The position numbers were made by a program, and so were the translations under genes. The notes under the pieces were generated by a model that worked only from the letters and a program-made list of their open reading frames with translations, searched no databases and was not told where the DNA came from. A stretch of DNA of 32,686 bases from Octopus sinensis (taxonomy: Eukaryota): contig NW_021835748.1 of assembly GCF_006345805.1 (NCBI RefSeq), positions 1 through 32,686 of the forward strand, read 5' to 3'. Below are positions 10,579-21,434 of this stretch, piece by piece (position 1 is the first letter of the stretch; each line of letters begins with the position of its first letter).

Positions 10579-10906
10579 GGTTTTTTTTGACTATTTATTA
10601 ATTTTATGTATTGATTAAGTCTTTCCTTGTTTGTTTTGCAAAATAGTGGTTTTGTCTCAAATAATATTTTATAATATATATATATATATATTGACATATA
10701 TGCTTTTATATAAGCATAGACATATGCATATATTGATATATGCTTATGAATATACGTGTGTGTAAATGTGTGTGTGTATATGCGTGTGTGTATGTGTGTG
10801 CATATGCTCATACATATGTACATATACATATATATGTATGTGTATGTACTTATATATGTGTATGTAGATGGGTACATATGTTTCCTCGTGCTTACATGCT
10901 CGTATG

Positions 10907-10951
<45 letters not shown>

Positions 10952-11129
10952 ACATGAGAATGCGTCTTGAAGAGAATTCGCCATTCGGGATTTTATACAT
11001 GAATACTATATCATGGATTTCATAACTGCAGTAGAAGCTCCTATTCTCTCTCTGACAAACACCGTGGCCTTCGGTTTAACTCATATATTCGCAGCTTGCT
11101 TCCCACTACCCAGTTCGTTGGACAGCTGC

Positions 11130-12190
11130 TATCATGTTGAGTCAACAGTTTTTTTTTTCATATTTCAAGCTTTAATAGTTCAAATTGTGGAGTCGCAATG
11201 GCCCAGTGGTTGGGGCAGCGGACTCGCGGTCGTAGGATCGCAGTTATCGATTCCTAGACCGGGTGTTGTGTGTGTTTATTGAGCGAAAACACCTAAAGCG
11301 CCACGAGGCTCCAGCAGGGAGTGGTGGAGATCCCTGCTGTACTCTTTCGTCACAACTGTCTCTCACTCTTTTTTCTGTTGGCCTGCTCGCTTCGCCAGCA
11401 GGGTGGCGTCATTTGAAGCCTAAAACAATGCGAAGCACATTGTGACGAGCGATGTGTAGCAACATCTGACAGCCTGGTCGGTCACGGTGATCACGGTGAA
11501 TAGTTCAAATTACACGTGAAAAACGTCTATTCATCAAAATGTATCGCATCATATTCTATTCTATTGTCTCTTACCTTCTTTGTACCAAAATTTCAGTTCG
11601 GTGCTTATATATTTGACTTGTTTAGGTTTTAAAATCCTCACTGCGTCCGTTTTCAATCTCATACACATTGTTGAGCTTCTATCCGTGCAGGAAATTAGCC
11701 ATAACTCGGAAAGGGTAGCAATCTGATTGTGCAATGTCTGTGCAAGCTGGGTGAGGCAACACTTCCAGATCCTCGTGTTCTTTAAGTTTGCGCTTGGTCC
11801 TATAGACAGTGTGTGTTGGGTCACTGTCATACTGCAGGGGTGTGCATTTTCGATTGACCAATACCGTTTGGCAGATTTTCAAAACATCATATACGCACTG
11901 CATTTGTTGAGTATAAAGGTTAACATTCACAGAATGACCATCTGGGACCAGCTCAAAGTGAAACACTCCCTTGAAATTTTTACCAAACACACATTTACCT
12001 TCTTTTCAAATCGCCTTTATTTGACAACAGGTTCTGAAGCCTGGACTAAACGAAACCACTGATTTTTTCTTATTAGGATTACGAAAATAGATCCAGTTTT
12101 CATCCTCAGTTACAATTCGACGTCCACAACGAGCATTTCGTGGATTTTCCAGCAGTTGTTTGCCAATATTCACGCACCATTCACCCAGGT
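11130..12190 (-). mobile_element. Mariner DD34D transposase relic, interrupted by the SINE at 11187-11498
   Basis: The minus strand gives RIVTEDENWIYFRNP (12083-12115), then ORF 11679-11990 (KGVFHFELVP...LQYDSDPTHT...VLPHPA..DIAQSDCYPFR), then a WYKEG C-terminus. These correspond to mariner IVTGDEKW, HDNA, YSPDLAPSD and FW..GI motifs. Contains stops and frameshifts. Confidence 0.9.
11187..11498 (+). mobile_element. Octopus tRNA-derived SINE (family C) with a 13-bp target-site duplication
   Basis: tRNA-like head (tggcccagtggt A box; tcgattcc B-box-like), tandem tcacggtga tail, and TSD AATAGTTCAAATT at 11174-11186 and 11499-11511. Confidence 0.9.
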
Positions 12191-12207
12191 GATTGGTCAG
12201 ATCACGA

Positions 12208-12297
12208 GGAGCGAAATTCGAACACAGAACATATAGACGGACGATATGCCGCTAAGTATTTTGTCTGGCGTGCTAACAGTTCTGCCAGCAGGCCTCC
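12208..12297 (-). mobile_element. SINE family A 5' head fragment
   Basis: The reverse complement ctggcagaactgttagcacgccagac...ttagcggc...ttctgtgttcgaattt matches the head of 32079. Confidence 0.7.
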
Positions 12298-12454
12298 TTA
12301 ATCTTTTTATGTAATATTATCATGCAATTTGCACCATTGTTTGATGTATAGCTTAATTGCAGAAAACAGATGGAAGTTGCTTAATTAAGAAAACATAAAC
12401 GATAATTAAGATTGATGGACGATAAAAGAAATTTCTCATGCTATTATTTTTTGT

Positions 12455-12640
12455 CATTGGACCCCGGCAATGCCGTAGCACCGACGTGAAGGGTTTAATA
12501 GAACAAATCGACCCCGCCCCACTACTTCGTTTTCTTTATAAGTCTAGCACTTATTCTATCAGTTATTTTACGCTGGGCCACTAGATTACTGGGGTATAAA
12601 CAAACAAACACCGGTTTCAAGCGGTATGAGTAAACAAACG
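12455..12640 (-). mobile_element. SINE family B 3' fragment, degenerate
   Basis: aaatcgacccc...cacttattctatc...aaacaccggtttcaagcgg resembles the reverse complement of the family B 3' half. Confidence 0.6.
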
Positions 12641-12699
12641 CAAATACAAAGACACAAACATAAATAGATTCATCCATCTCTCTCTGTGTCTATCTATCA

Positions 12700-12755
<56 letters not shown>

Positions 12756-12807
12756 GCCTGCCTGCCTGCTTACCTATCTGTCTGTTTGCCCCCTCTCTCT
12801 CTTTGTG

Positions 12808-12838
<31 letters not shown>

Positions 12839-12840
<2 letters not shown>

Positions 12841-13023
12841 GTGCAGGCGTGGCTGTGTAGTAAGGAATTTGCTTCCGAACCACATGGTTCAGTCCCATTC
12901 CGCGGCACCTCGGGGAAGTGTCTTCTAATATAACCTCGAGCCAAGCAAAGCCTTGTGAGTGACTTCGGTAGACAGAAACTGAAAGAAGCCCGTCATATAT
13001 ATATATGTGTGTATATATATATA

Positions 13024-13078
<55 letters not shown>

Positions 13079-13298
13079 ATCTTTGCGTCCGTGTTTGTCT
13101 CCTCATGATCACTTGACAACTGGTGCTTGTGTGCTTACGTCCCAATAACCTAGCGGTTCGGCCAAAGAGACGATACAATAAGTACTAGGCTTACAAGAAT
13201 ATGTCATGGGGCTGATTTATTCGACTAAAAACCTTTAAGGCGGTGCTCCAGCATGGCCACAGTCGTCAAATAACTAAAGCATGTAAAAGAATAAAAGA
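12839..13298 (+). mobile_element. Octopus tRNA-derived SINE (family B) with an internal TA/TG tract
   Basis: Head tggctgtgtagtaagg...ggttcagtccc, core gaaactgaaagaagcccgtc, tail ggcggtgctccagcatggcc...taaaagaataaaaga. Homologous to 28012-28433. Confidence 0.9.
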
Positions 13299-13299
13299 A

Positions 13300-13490
13300 C
13301 ATGTGTTGGTTCATAATTATTGCGGCTTCTTCGGAACAATTTTTATTCGACAAAAGCAATAACAACATTTAACCAAAACATCTGTAAATGATGGTCTGAC
13401 CGCCTGCCAAGAAAATGGGAAACTGTAATTGAAGTACATGGTGAATATGCTCCGGAATAATCATTTAAAGACGTTTTTGTAATAATTATG
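13300..13490 (+). mobile_element. Mariner transposase C-terminal relic
   Basis: Reads DRLPRKWETVIEVHGEYAPE*, matching the mariner LPERW..VI...GEY ending. Confidence 0.7.
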
Positions 13491-13498
13491 CACCAACC

Positions 13499-13540
<42 letters not shown>

Positions 13541-13544
13541 TCAC

Positions 13545-13704
13545 GCTACGAGGCTTCACAGAGATATTTCCGTCTACTGAATTTACGCTTAAGATATTGG
13601 TCAGCCTGGGGCTATAGTAGAAGACATTTCCTTAAGTTGTTGCGTAGTTGGACTGAACTTCAAACCACGTGGTTGCAAAACTATCTGCTTAACAACACAG
13701 CCAT
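13545..13704 (-). mobile_element. SINE family B 5' half, degenerate
   Basis: ggctatagtagaagaca...ggactgaac...aaccacgtggtt...cacagcca is the reverse complement of the family B head. Confidence 0.75.
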
Positions 13705-14004
13705 CTTATTTTATTTCAATGGATGAACTCAATTAGCGTCGGCATTTGTAACTCATATTATACTAGCTGACCCTGTGACGTCAAAAATGACGGCTAATTG
13801 TAGCATTTTATAGAAAATAAGGTACAAAATAAGGTACATAATAATCATAGATACAAAGATACAAGTATTCACATACATCCCTTGTACATGCACACACATA
13901 CACACACATACACACACATATACTCAAACAGAGTTGAAATGCTGTTTAAATTTTTTTTCAGCGTTGAACGTTCACTATCCCATTTCCATTGCACACACAT
14001 ACAT

Positions 14005-14052
<48 letters not shown>

Positions 14053-14971
14053 GCACACACACAAGCATTCACATACCTCCCTTTTGGGTACACACACACA
14101 TACTCACAGAATTGAAACACTGATTTTTTCACCCCTTCCTTCCTTATTCATCTATCACCCCTTCCTTTCTCAATTCGTGTTAATTTTTCTCACTCTCTCT
14201 CAGTCAGGGCCAATACTCTCACAACTTCTCCTTCACTGAAGTATTATTTTCTCTCCTCTCCTTTCACTTATACTACTTTTTCTCCTACTCCCTCCTACTC
14301 CTACTCTGTTATTTTGGACAAATATATATATATCTATATATATATATATACACAAATGTATAAAAACACTACGCTCATTATTATATTACGAGATAATACA
14401 ATATGATTTGCATAATTCTGTTCACTTCTGTTCGACTGGGCAGAAAAAGGAGCCGGGAGCCAATAGTGGTTGCCATAATATTTCATTGATTTTTTTTCCC
14501 TCAATTCGGCAGAAATACTTGAGTGGGTTCGCATAAATTATTTCCAGGATAAATTCTGAAGTTAGTGAGGCAGTTTAAAGATATTTATCTTGTTAGTTAA
14601 ACAATTTGTAAATTTCCTCTCTTTATTGGAGATTCAAAACTACTCAGCTCATTGAATTTTATTGCTCCGCTGCACTGGTATCTTGAATATATTGAGGCTG
14701 ATCGATATGATCCCCCAGGCAATACGATTGCAGGCATCGTTTTGATGGCAGATGTAAAAGGTTTTGCAATTTCAAATTAAATCAAAACGAGGAGTAGAAA
14801 ATTAGAATTGTGTGTATGCGTGTGCGTGTGTCTATGTACATATTCATGTATGTGTGAGTGTATTATATAGATATATGTATATATATATATATAGAGAGAG
14901 AGAGGGAAAGGGGGAGAAAGACAGAGGGATATATATATTATATATATATATATAATATATATATATATATA

Positions 14972-15093
14972 TTGGCCTGCTCACTTAGCCAGCGGGTTGG
15001 CGTCATTTGAAGGCTAAAACAATGCGAAGCGCATTGTGATCAGCGATGTGTAACAACATCTGATAACCTGGTCGATCACGGTGATCACGGTGA
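14972..15093 (+). mobile_element. SINE family C 3' half in a (TA)n tract
   Basis: Aligns with 11378-11498, including the tcacggtga tandem tail. Confidence 0.85.
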
Positions 15094-15990
15094 TATATAT
15101 ATATTATATATATATATATTATATATATATATATATATGTACATATGCATACATATGCTTACATGTACATAGACATATATGTGTCTACGTATGCGTATGT
15201 GTGTTTCTGTGTGTGTCTCTGTGTCTGTACAAAAAATAAAGTGCGCATGTGCAAGAGTGAGAGAGGGAGAGAGAGAAGGAGAGAGAGGGGGGGAGAGAGG
15301 GAGGGAGAGAGAGGTGGGGAGACCAACAGACAGACAGAAGACTGACAGATTGGTAGAGTGATAGATCTATAGGCTGACTGAGACATATAGATAATCACGC
15401 AATGAACGAGAGTAAACGTAGAAAGTTGCGAGCAAAGGGAAATTGATAGGATAAATAATAGATCGAGATAAGTAATTAGAAAAAGCTGCCAGAGAAACCA
15501 AGAGAAACGCTAAAGGAGAAAGCAAGATTGCTGATTAAACGGAGAAACAGAGAAGCTATTTCCTACACTTGTGTTTCGTCACCATTTGAAATTTCCTCTT
15601 ACCAACATTTCAATTTTCCTGTTACGTACACATTACGATTCTTCCGAAATCATGAAACTTTCTGGACGAAATTCAATACAGAAATATATATGAGACAATC
15701 ATATTAATACACAAACACACACGCGCGGGCACACACACACACACACACACACCACACACACACACACACACATATATGTTGTTGAAATCATCACTCGAAT
15801 AGCATATCTAATATTGATCTGCATGTAGTTGCCTGATGATTGGGTGGGGGTATTTCAAAATGATGAATTGCAGAATGCTATGGATGTTGCATGATGTACA
15901 TAACAGAATATACGATGTTACGTCATAACAAAATCTCCTAATGAAACTGTATGGAAAGACCGCATAATCTATTCGTCCATTTTCTTCTTA

Positions 15991-16039
<49 letters not shown>

Positions 16040-16053
16040 TATACATATATATA

Positions 16054-16211
16054 CTTTATTTTAAGCAGCAGAAAATTCAACAAAATCTGTTACTCTGAAT
16101 TTCTCGTTGCCGTTCATCAGACAGTTTTTGCTAGAAAAAACTGTCTGATGAACGGCAACGAGAAACTCAGAGTAACAGATTTTGTTGAATTTTCTGCTGC
16201 TTAAAATAAAG
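16054..16211. repeat. Near-perfect 76-bp-arm palindrome made of two back-to-back PLE hammerhead tails
   Basis: 16054-16129 is the reverse complement of 16136-16211 with 1 mismatch and a gctaga spacer. Confidence 0.95.
16141..16178 (+). ncRNA. Minimal hammerhead variant with a very short stem II (mirror copy at 16087-16124 on the minus strand)
   Basis: ctgt-CTGATGA-acggcaacga-GAA-ACTCAGAGT-A-acag. Stem II has only 2 bp plus a GCAA loop, closed by A.A. Confidence 0.65.
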
Positions 16212-16347
16212 CATATTACTCTACCACTGGTATTTTAGTACTCTTTTTTCCACCTTGTTTCACATTTATGTGTTTACTCCGGTATATATATATATATATT
16301 TATAAAAAGTGTAGGTGGACTACTATTGGGTATATATTTATAAAAAA

Positions 16348-16769
16348 GAAGTTTCAAAACGCCACTATATAAGATAAACTTTAATTTTCTGAGAGATTTT
16401 ACATTTTTCGGTTCTTGAAAGAACGAACCTTATCAAAAATATCTTTTAAAAGTTAAGTGTAATAAAAATGTTCATAATTGTTTCTTACTAGTCTCAACAA
16501 AGTCCACGTGGTGGTATCTTGTGCGTTGACTAGAATCTAACTAACGATTCTAATCAACGCACAAGACAGCCATTATGCTCCCCCGCCCCACAAAACACCA
16601 CAACGTGGACTCTGTTGAGACTAGTAAGAAACAATTATGAACATTTTTATTACACTTAGCTTTTAAAAAAATATTTTTGATAAGCTTCGTTGTTTTCAAG
16701 AAGAACCGAAAAATGTAAAATCTCTCAGAAAATTAAAATTTATCTTATATAGTGGCATTTTCAAACTTC
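16348..16769. mobile_element. Fold-back (MITE-like) element with ~165-bp arms and an internal hairpin
   Basis: 16348-16514 pairs with 16596-16769 at high identity. The inner hairpin pairs 16517-16537 with 16546-16566. Confidence 0.75.
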
Positions 16770-16798
16770 TCATATATATATATATACATACATAACAA

Positions 16799-17024
16799 GG
16801 CGGCGGGCTGGCAGAAACGTTAGCGCGCCGGGCGAAATGCTTAGCGGTAGTTCGTCTGACGTTACGTTCTGAGTTCAAATTCCGCCGAGGTAGACTTTGC
16901 CTTTCATCCTTTCGGGGTCGATAAATAAAGTACCAGTTTCGCACTGGGGTCGATATAATCGACTTAATCCATTTGTCTGTCCTTGTTTGTCCCCTCTACA
17001 TTTAGCCCCTTGTGGGTAGTGAAG
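16799..17024 (+). mobile_element. Octopus tRNA-derived SINE (family A)
   Basis: A box (ggctggcagaaacgttag), B box (gagttcaaattcc), core ttcggggtcgataaataaagtaccag and tail ccccttgtgggtagt. Confidence 0.9.
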
Positions 17025-17050
17025 ATATATATATATATATATACATACAT

Positions 17051-17865
17051 ATATAAATATATGAGAGAGTGACCACTATATGGTCGACTCTAGCGCAAAA
17101 AATAGATCCGCTATGGTATTATCCACTAAAAATTGTTTCCAAGGAGAATTAACACAACATTTAACGTAAACGAGTGGCTAATACCATAGCGGATCTATTT
17201 TTAGCGTTAGAGTCGACCATATAGTGGTCACTCTCTCTTATATTTATGTATAAATTTTTTTATTGTATCCCTGGTTTTTTATGCGCTAAGCCACTTGGTG
17301 TTAAGTTGATGGTATTATTAAATTAATATCTAATTTTTCACCCTTATTTGTAATTTTAATTATACTGCAGTAAATCTTTTATGCAGTACTTGTTTCCGGA
17401 AGTCTTATCGCACTTTTAGCGAGGGAATTTGAATCATAACTGCTAGTACAATCGATTAAACCACACGTGTATTTGACGTTATGTTAAAATTCAGCGTGCG
17501 ATTTAATAAATTGTATTTTAGACAAATTCTGCTGATGACCTATAGATGTTGTGTAAGTAAAATTGCATATTACATTAATAGCGAAACAATTGTCCAGAGT
17601 TAATCTATAAATTTTTGTTATTTTTCACTTGCCCTGCTCGTTTACGTTAAATGTTGTGTTAATTCTCCTTGGAAACAATTTTTAGTGGCTAATACCATAG
17701 CGGATCTATTTTTAGCGTCAGAGTCGACCATATAGTGGTCACTCTCTCTTATATTTATGTATAAATTTTTTTATTGTATCCCTGTTTTTTTATGCGCTGA
17801 GCCACTTGGTGTTAAATTGATGGTATTATTAAATTAATATCTAATTTTTCACCCTTATTTGTAAT
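17051..17865 (+). mobile_element. PLE 3'-end insertion with inverted and direct partial duplications
   Basis: 17051-17174 is the reverse complement of 17637-17762, and 17174-17354 is a direct copy of 17685-17865. Hammerhead at 17525-17601. Flanked by TA-rich tracts. Confidence 0.8.
17525..17601 (+). ncRNA. Type I hammerhead ribozyme with an extended stem II
   Basis: aattctg (7-bp stem I with cagagtt), CTGATGA, a 44-nt stem II hairpin, GAA, perfectly palindromic ACAATTGT, and a GUC site at 17592-17594. The 10.1/11.1 pair is C.C instead of G-C. Confidence 0.8.
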
Positions 17866-18319
17866 ATACATACATATATATATATATAAGAAGTAATTAA
17901 GATTTAGTTGAATTAGGTATTTAAGTTGAAGCACCAAGTCAGCCCCGTATTGTCCGCACAGCTCGAAGCTGAATAAAATCAAAATAAACAGCAGGATATC
18001 AAGTTGTAATGCATTCCAACTGTTGTAACGGTCGTACTGCATTACTTGATATCCTGTTACTTATTTTGATATACTGTTACTTATTGTCTATGTGTGTGTG
18101 TATAGACACATGTAGAAAGAGCTGTTTTTGTTAAAGCAGAAGCGTCGGATAATTTGCAGTTTATTTAACGCTAACATGTTTTGCAAATTTATAATACATG
18201 ACTGTATAACTCGTTCACGCAAGCGGGCACAAGCATGCGAAAACACACATACGCATACACAAATGGATACGTACATATGTATCCATATAAACTATTGCCC
18301 ACACACACGCACACACACA

Positions 18320-18350
<31 letters not shown>

Positions 18351-18574
18351 TCAAACACACACACACACACACAAATATGCAACTCGAAAGAGAAGTTAAA
18401 TCTACCTCAAATAGAATACTGCAATTCTGGTAAGTACGAATTATTCGATATCTGTCTAAGGAGGTTCTATACGAATGAAATACGACCGCAGTTGTTACCT
18501 TACTTGTTGTATATCAGACAGAATGCTAATCTGTCTTTGTTCTCAGCTTTGTTCTCAGCTCCTCCGATATTACT

Positions 18575-19200
18575 ATGTGCTATATTCATAACGAAGCATT
18601 TTCTATTTCCCTCTGTAGTTCGGTCATTACTTCTCTTCTATTCTTTCTACGTTCACTGGTAGCCAAAATCTGTCTATTAACCCACTAAATCCTCCAACTA
18701 CTGGTTTCGTCGTATATTGCAAACTGTATTAATCACACGATTCTCAAGACTTTCATATTTTTTGGTCTTCATTTCATGTACCTACACCATATTCCCTTCC
18801 AAAACTCAAGAAACAGGGAATTTTATCCAAGTCACAAGTGACATAACGCCACAACTGCGGGGAGTCTCTTCCTTATTGCATTAAGGCTTTAAAAACCAAG
18901 CGTGCCATCGAAACCCAAATGCAGCTTCCTGTCCTGGACAGCATTTAAGTTTCATGGTGTGAAATTTTCTTTGTTCACATTCCAAGAGGTATTTTGTTTT
19001 CGCGCTCTCATTGACAAAATCTACAGAACATAACTTTGGGTTGATTCTTATCGGATTAATATGTCGTGTTACTATTTCAATGCATCGGCAAGGATACGCA
19101 AGACTTGGTTATGCCATTGGGTTTTTTCTGCGAGGAGCCTCTTCCATGTGGTAGGAACGTATTCCATCGTTGCATAACCTATACACTAATGACAGTCAGC
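18575..19200 (-). mobile_element. Decayed C-terminus of an RLE-type non-LTR retrotransposon (HERO/NeSL-like)
   Basis: Minus-strand fragments in the expected order: WHNQVLRILADALK (19081-19116), HEMKTKKYESL (18746-18778), PVVGGFSG (18682-18704) and ELQREIENASL*I. They resemble the WRH.QVL, HERK..KY..L, PVEVG.RGF and AE.AS.WIW motifs. Confidence 0.55.
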
Positions 19201-19815
19201 AACGTTACTTCAGTATCACTATATACATTTGGTGAAAGTTGCAAAGGAGGGGAATCGAAAACTTGTTGATTCAACTTTTCCATAGTATGATCCGTGATAG
19301 ATTTTTGCAAGAATGTTTAAAGAATAAAGTAATTGAGTGAAAAGAAAATCAAAAAAGAAAAGAAAGAAATCTCTCAAGGCTTATAAAGTCTATCTCCTTG
19401 AACTCACATACACATGATTACATATATACAAGCACAACCATATATATATATATATATGTAGGTGTATATGTATGTATGTATATATATATATATAATATAT
19501 ATATATATTATATATATATATATAAGGTGTGTGTGTATGTGTGTGTGTGTAGTGTGTGTGCCTGCGTGTGTGTTTAAATGTATATATATGTATGTATGTG
19601 TGTGTGTGTGTCGACTTTCACTAGAAACAATAAAAATATGACAGCGATCAAGTCGATGAAGTGAGACAAAATCTTTTGACAATTGACGACAGATCGTACT
19701 ATGAAGAAATGAGCAAAATGTAACAATTTTTGTGAGCATTTTAAACAGCTAGAATGTGTGGTACATGATATAAGTGCTTCGGTTTCAACACAAGATCTCG
19801 GGACAAATCATTTAC

Positions 19816-19961
19816 CAAAGAAGTACAACTCTGACGTAGAAGCCAAATCTTATTCAAATAACGCGCGGCCGTTTTATAAGAGAAAATGATAAACTTATTT
19901 GATAACGAGATCGAGGCTGAATTCTCGATCATGGGACTCTTAAATTGGGACTGGTCTGGAG
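19816..19961 (-). CDS. Candidate internal exon of an unidentified gene (146 nt)
   Basis: Strong acceptor ttttgctcttttttctattcAG and donor TTG|gtaaat. Only one open frame: (x)PDQSQFKSPMIENSASISLSNKFIIFSYKTAARYLNKIWLLRQSCTSL. No homology recognised. Confidence 0.3.
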
Positions 19962-20356
19962 CTGAATAGAAAAAAGAGCAAAATACAAGCAAATCTGAAA
20001 TCTGGATACCTGCCCGTACACGTACATAAAACACTCATATAAAACACCTAAACACATGCCTACGCACACACACTCGTGATCCTCTATAACATCTGTTTCG
20101 TATACATACATGCATAAATACATACACGCATACACATATACACAAATACATGCATATACATACGTTCATAAATACATACATATACATGCACATATACACA
20201 AATACATACATATACATACAACCCTAAATAAATACATATACATACACATAAACACACACATATACACGCATACACTCACACACACACGCACACAACACAC
20301 ACACACGCACACACTTATCCTGCTTTATTGAAGCTCATAAAACAATCTACAGAAAA

Positions 20357-20392
20357 TGTTACGCGGAGTTTCATGTCACCGTTCTTCAGACA
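20357..20392 (-). ncRNA. Degenerate hammerhead of the same family as 16141-16178
   Basis: tgt-CTGAAGA-acggtgacat-GAA-ACTCCGCGT-A-aca, followed by a tail containing aataaagca as at 16205. Confidence 0.5.
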
Positions 20393-20654
20393 ATTGTAAT
20401 AAAAACTAACTCGGTAAAGGTTATAAATCAGAGCAAAAAATAATTAGTAACTGATTAATAGTAATTTGATTATTTCAGCACAAAATATCACTAGATTAAG
20501 AACCAGAATTTAAAAAATATGTACACGGGTAGATTTCTTCAACTAACACAAGAAGTACCAAGCGGTCATTTATCACTGTTTCTGCTATTTTATTTTTTTT
20601 ATTTCTACGACTGTATTGAGTGTGCAATCATGAGCATAATTTCATATGTATTTT

Positions 20655-20863
20655 TTTTCTTTGTTTCAGCCATTTGATTGCGACCATGCTGGAGCACCGC
20701 CTTTAGTCGAAGAAATCGACCCCAGGACTTATTCTTTGTAAACCTAGTACAGAGACTTAAACACACCAACATCGGTTGTCAAGCGATGGTGGGGCGGGGG
20801 GCAAACGCAGACAAAGACACAGACACACACACACAAACATACATACATACATACATACATACA

Positions 20864-20910
<47 letters not shown>

Positions 20911-21434
20911 TATGATATGTAGAAAAATACAAACTGAGACAAGAACGCATAAAAACTTAGAAGACGATACAACAAACACAGACAGGACATTCGAAGCCCT
21001 CAGTCTTCAGTCAAGAACCGGATCATCGTAGTAATTTCGGCTGATTAATCTTGAGATTACTAGAACCGGCCAGCCCTCCAGGAAAAACTAAGCAACGAGC
21101 ATTAGAAAAACTAAGCTAGGAGCGTAGATTTCCTGGAAGAAGGATCGAATGCATACGAACACAGGGACAGCAAAACGGACGGTGCCACACGAGTATAAAA
21201 AACAAAAAACAATAATGAAATACAAAAACGTGAAATACAAAAGCAATAATGGTAAAAACAGCAAGTGTCTTACATATACGACGGGCTTTTTTCAGTTTCT
21301 GTCTACCACATCCAGTCACAAGGCTTTTGTCGGCCTGAGGCTAAAGTAGAATATACCTGCCCAAAGTGCCACGCAGTGGGACTGAACTTGGAACCATGTG
21401 GTTGGTAAGTGAGCTACTTAGCACTCTTGCGCCT
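20655..21434 (-). mobile_element. SINE family B split by a ~360-bp insertion (20911-21270) in its internal microsatellite
   Basis: 3' half at 20655-20830 and 5' half at 21274-21434. The intervening non-SINE sequence follows a (TACA)n/(TA)n tract. Confidence 0.8.

Larger units (their letters stand above)
4731..10677 (+). mobile_element. Composite Penelope-like element (PLE): inverted partial-tandem 3' ends, 5'-truncated GIY-YIG endonuclease frame, ~2.9 kb 3' region and hammerhead terminus
   Basis: Bounded by (TA)n at 4713-4730 and 10675-10690. 4810-5923 is the reverse complement of 9577-10677, and 5924-6605 is the reverse complement of 9766-10445. GIY-YIG frame at 6605-7604. Hammerheads at 4909-4954 (-) and 10534-10578 (+). 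Confidence 0.85.

Noticed and set aside
14601-14784. Open frame ...LNFIAPLHWYLEYIEADRYDPPGNTIAGIVLMADVKGFAISN, faintly like a CRAL-TRIO G...D..G motif
   Set aside because: Splice sites are weak, the antisense frame is equally open, and no neighbouring exons support it.
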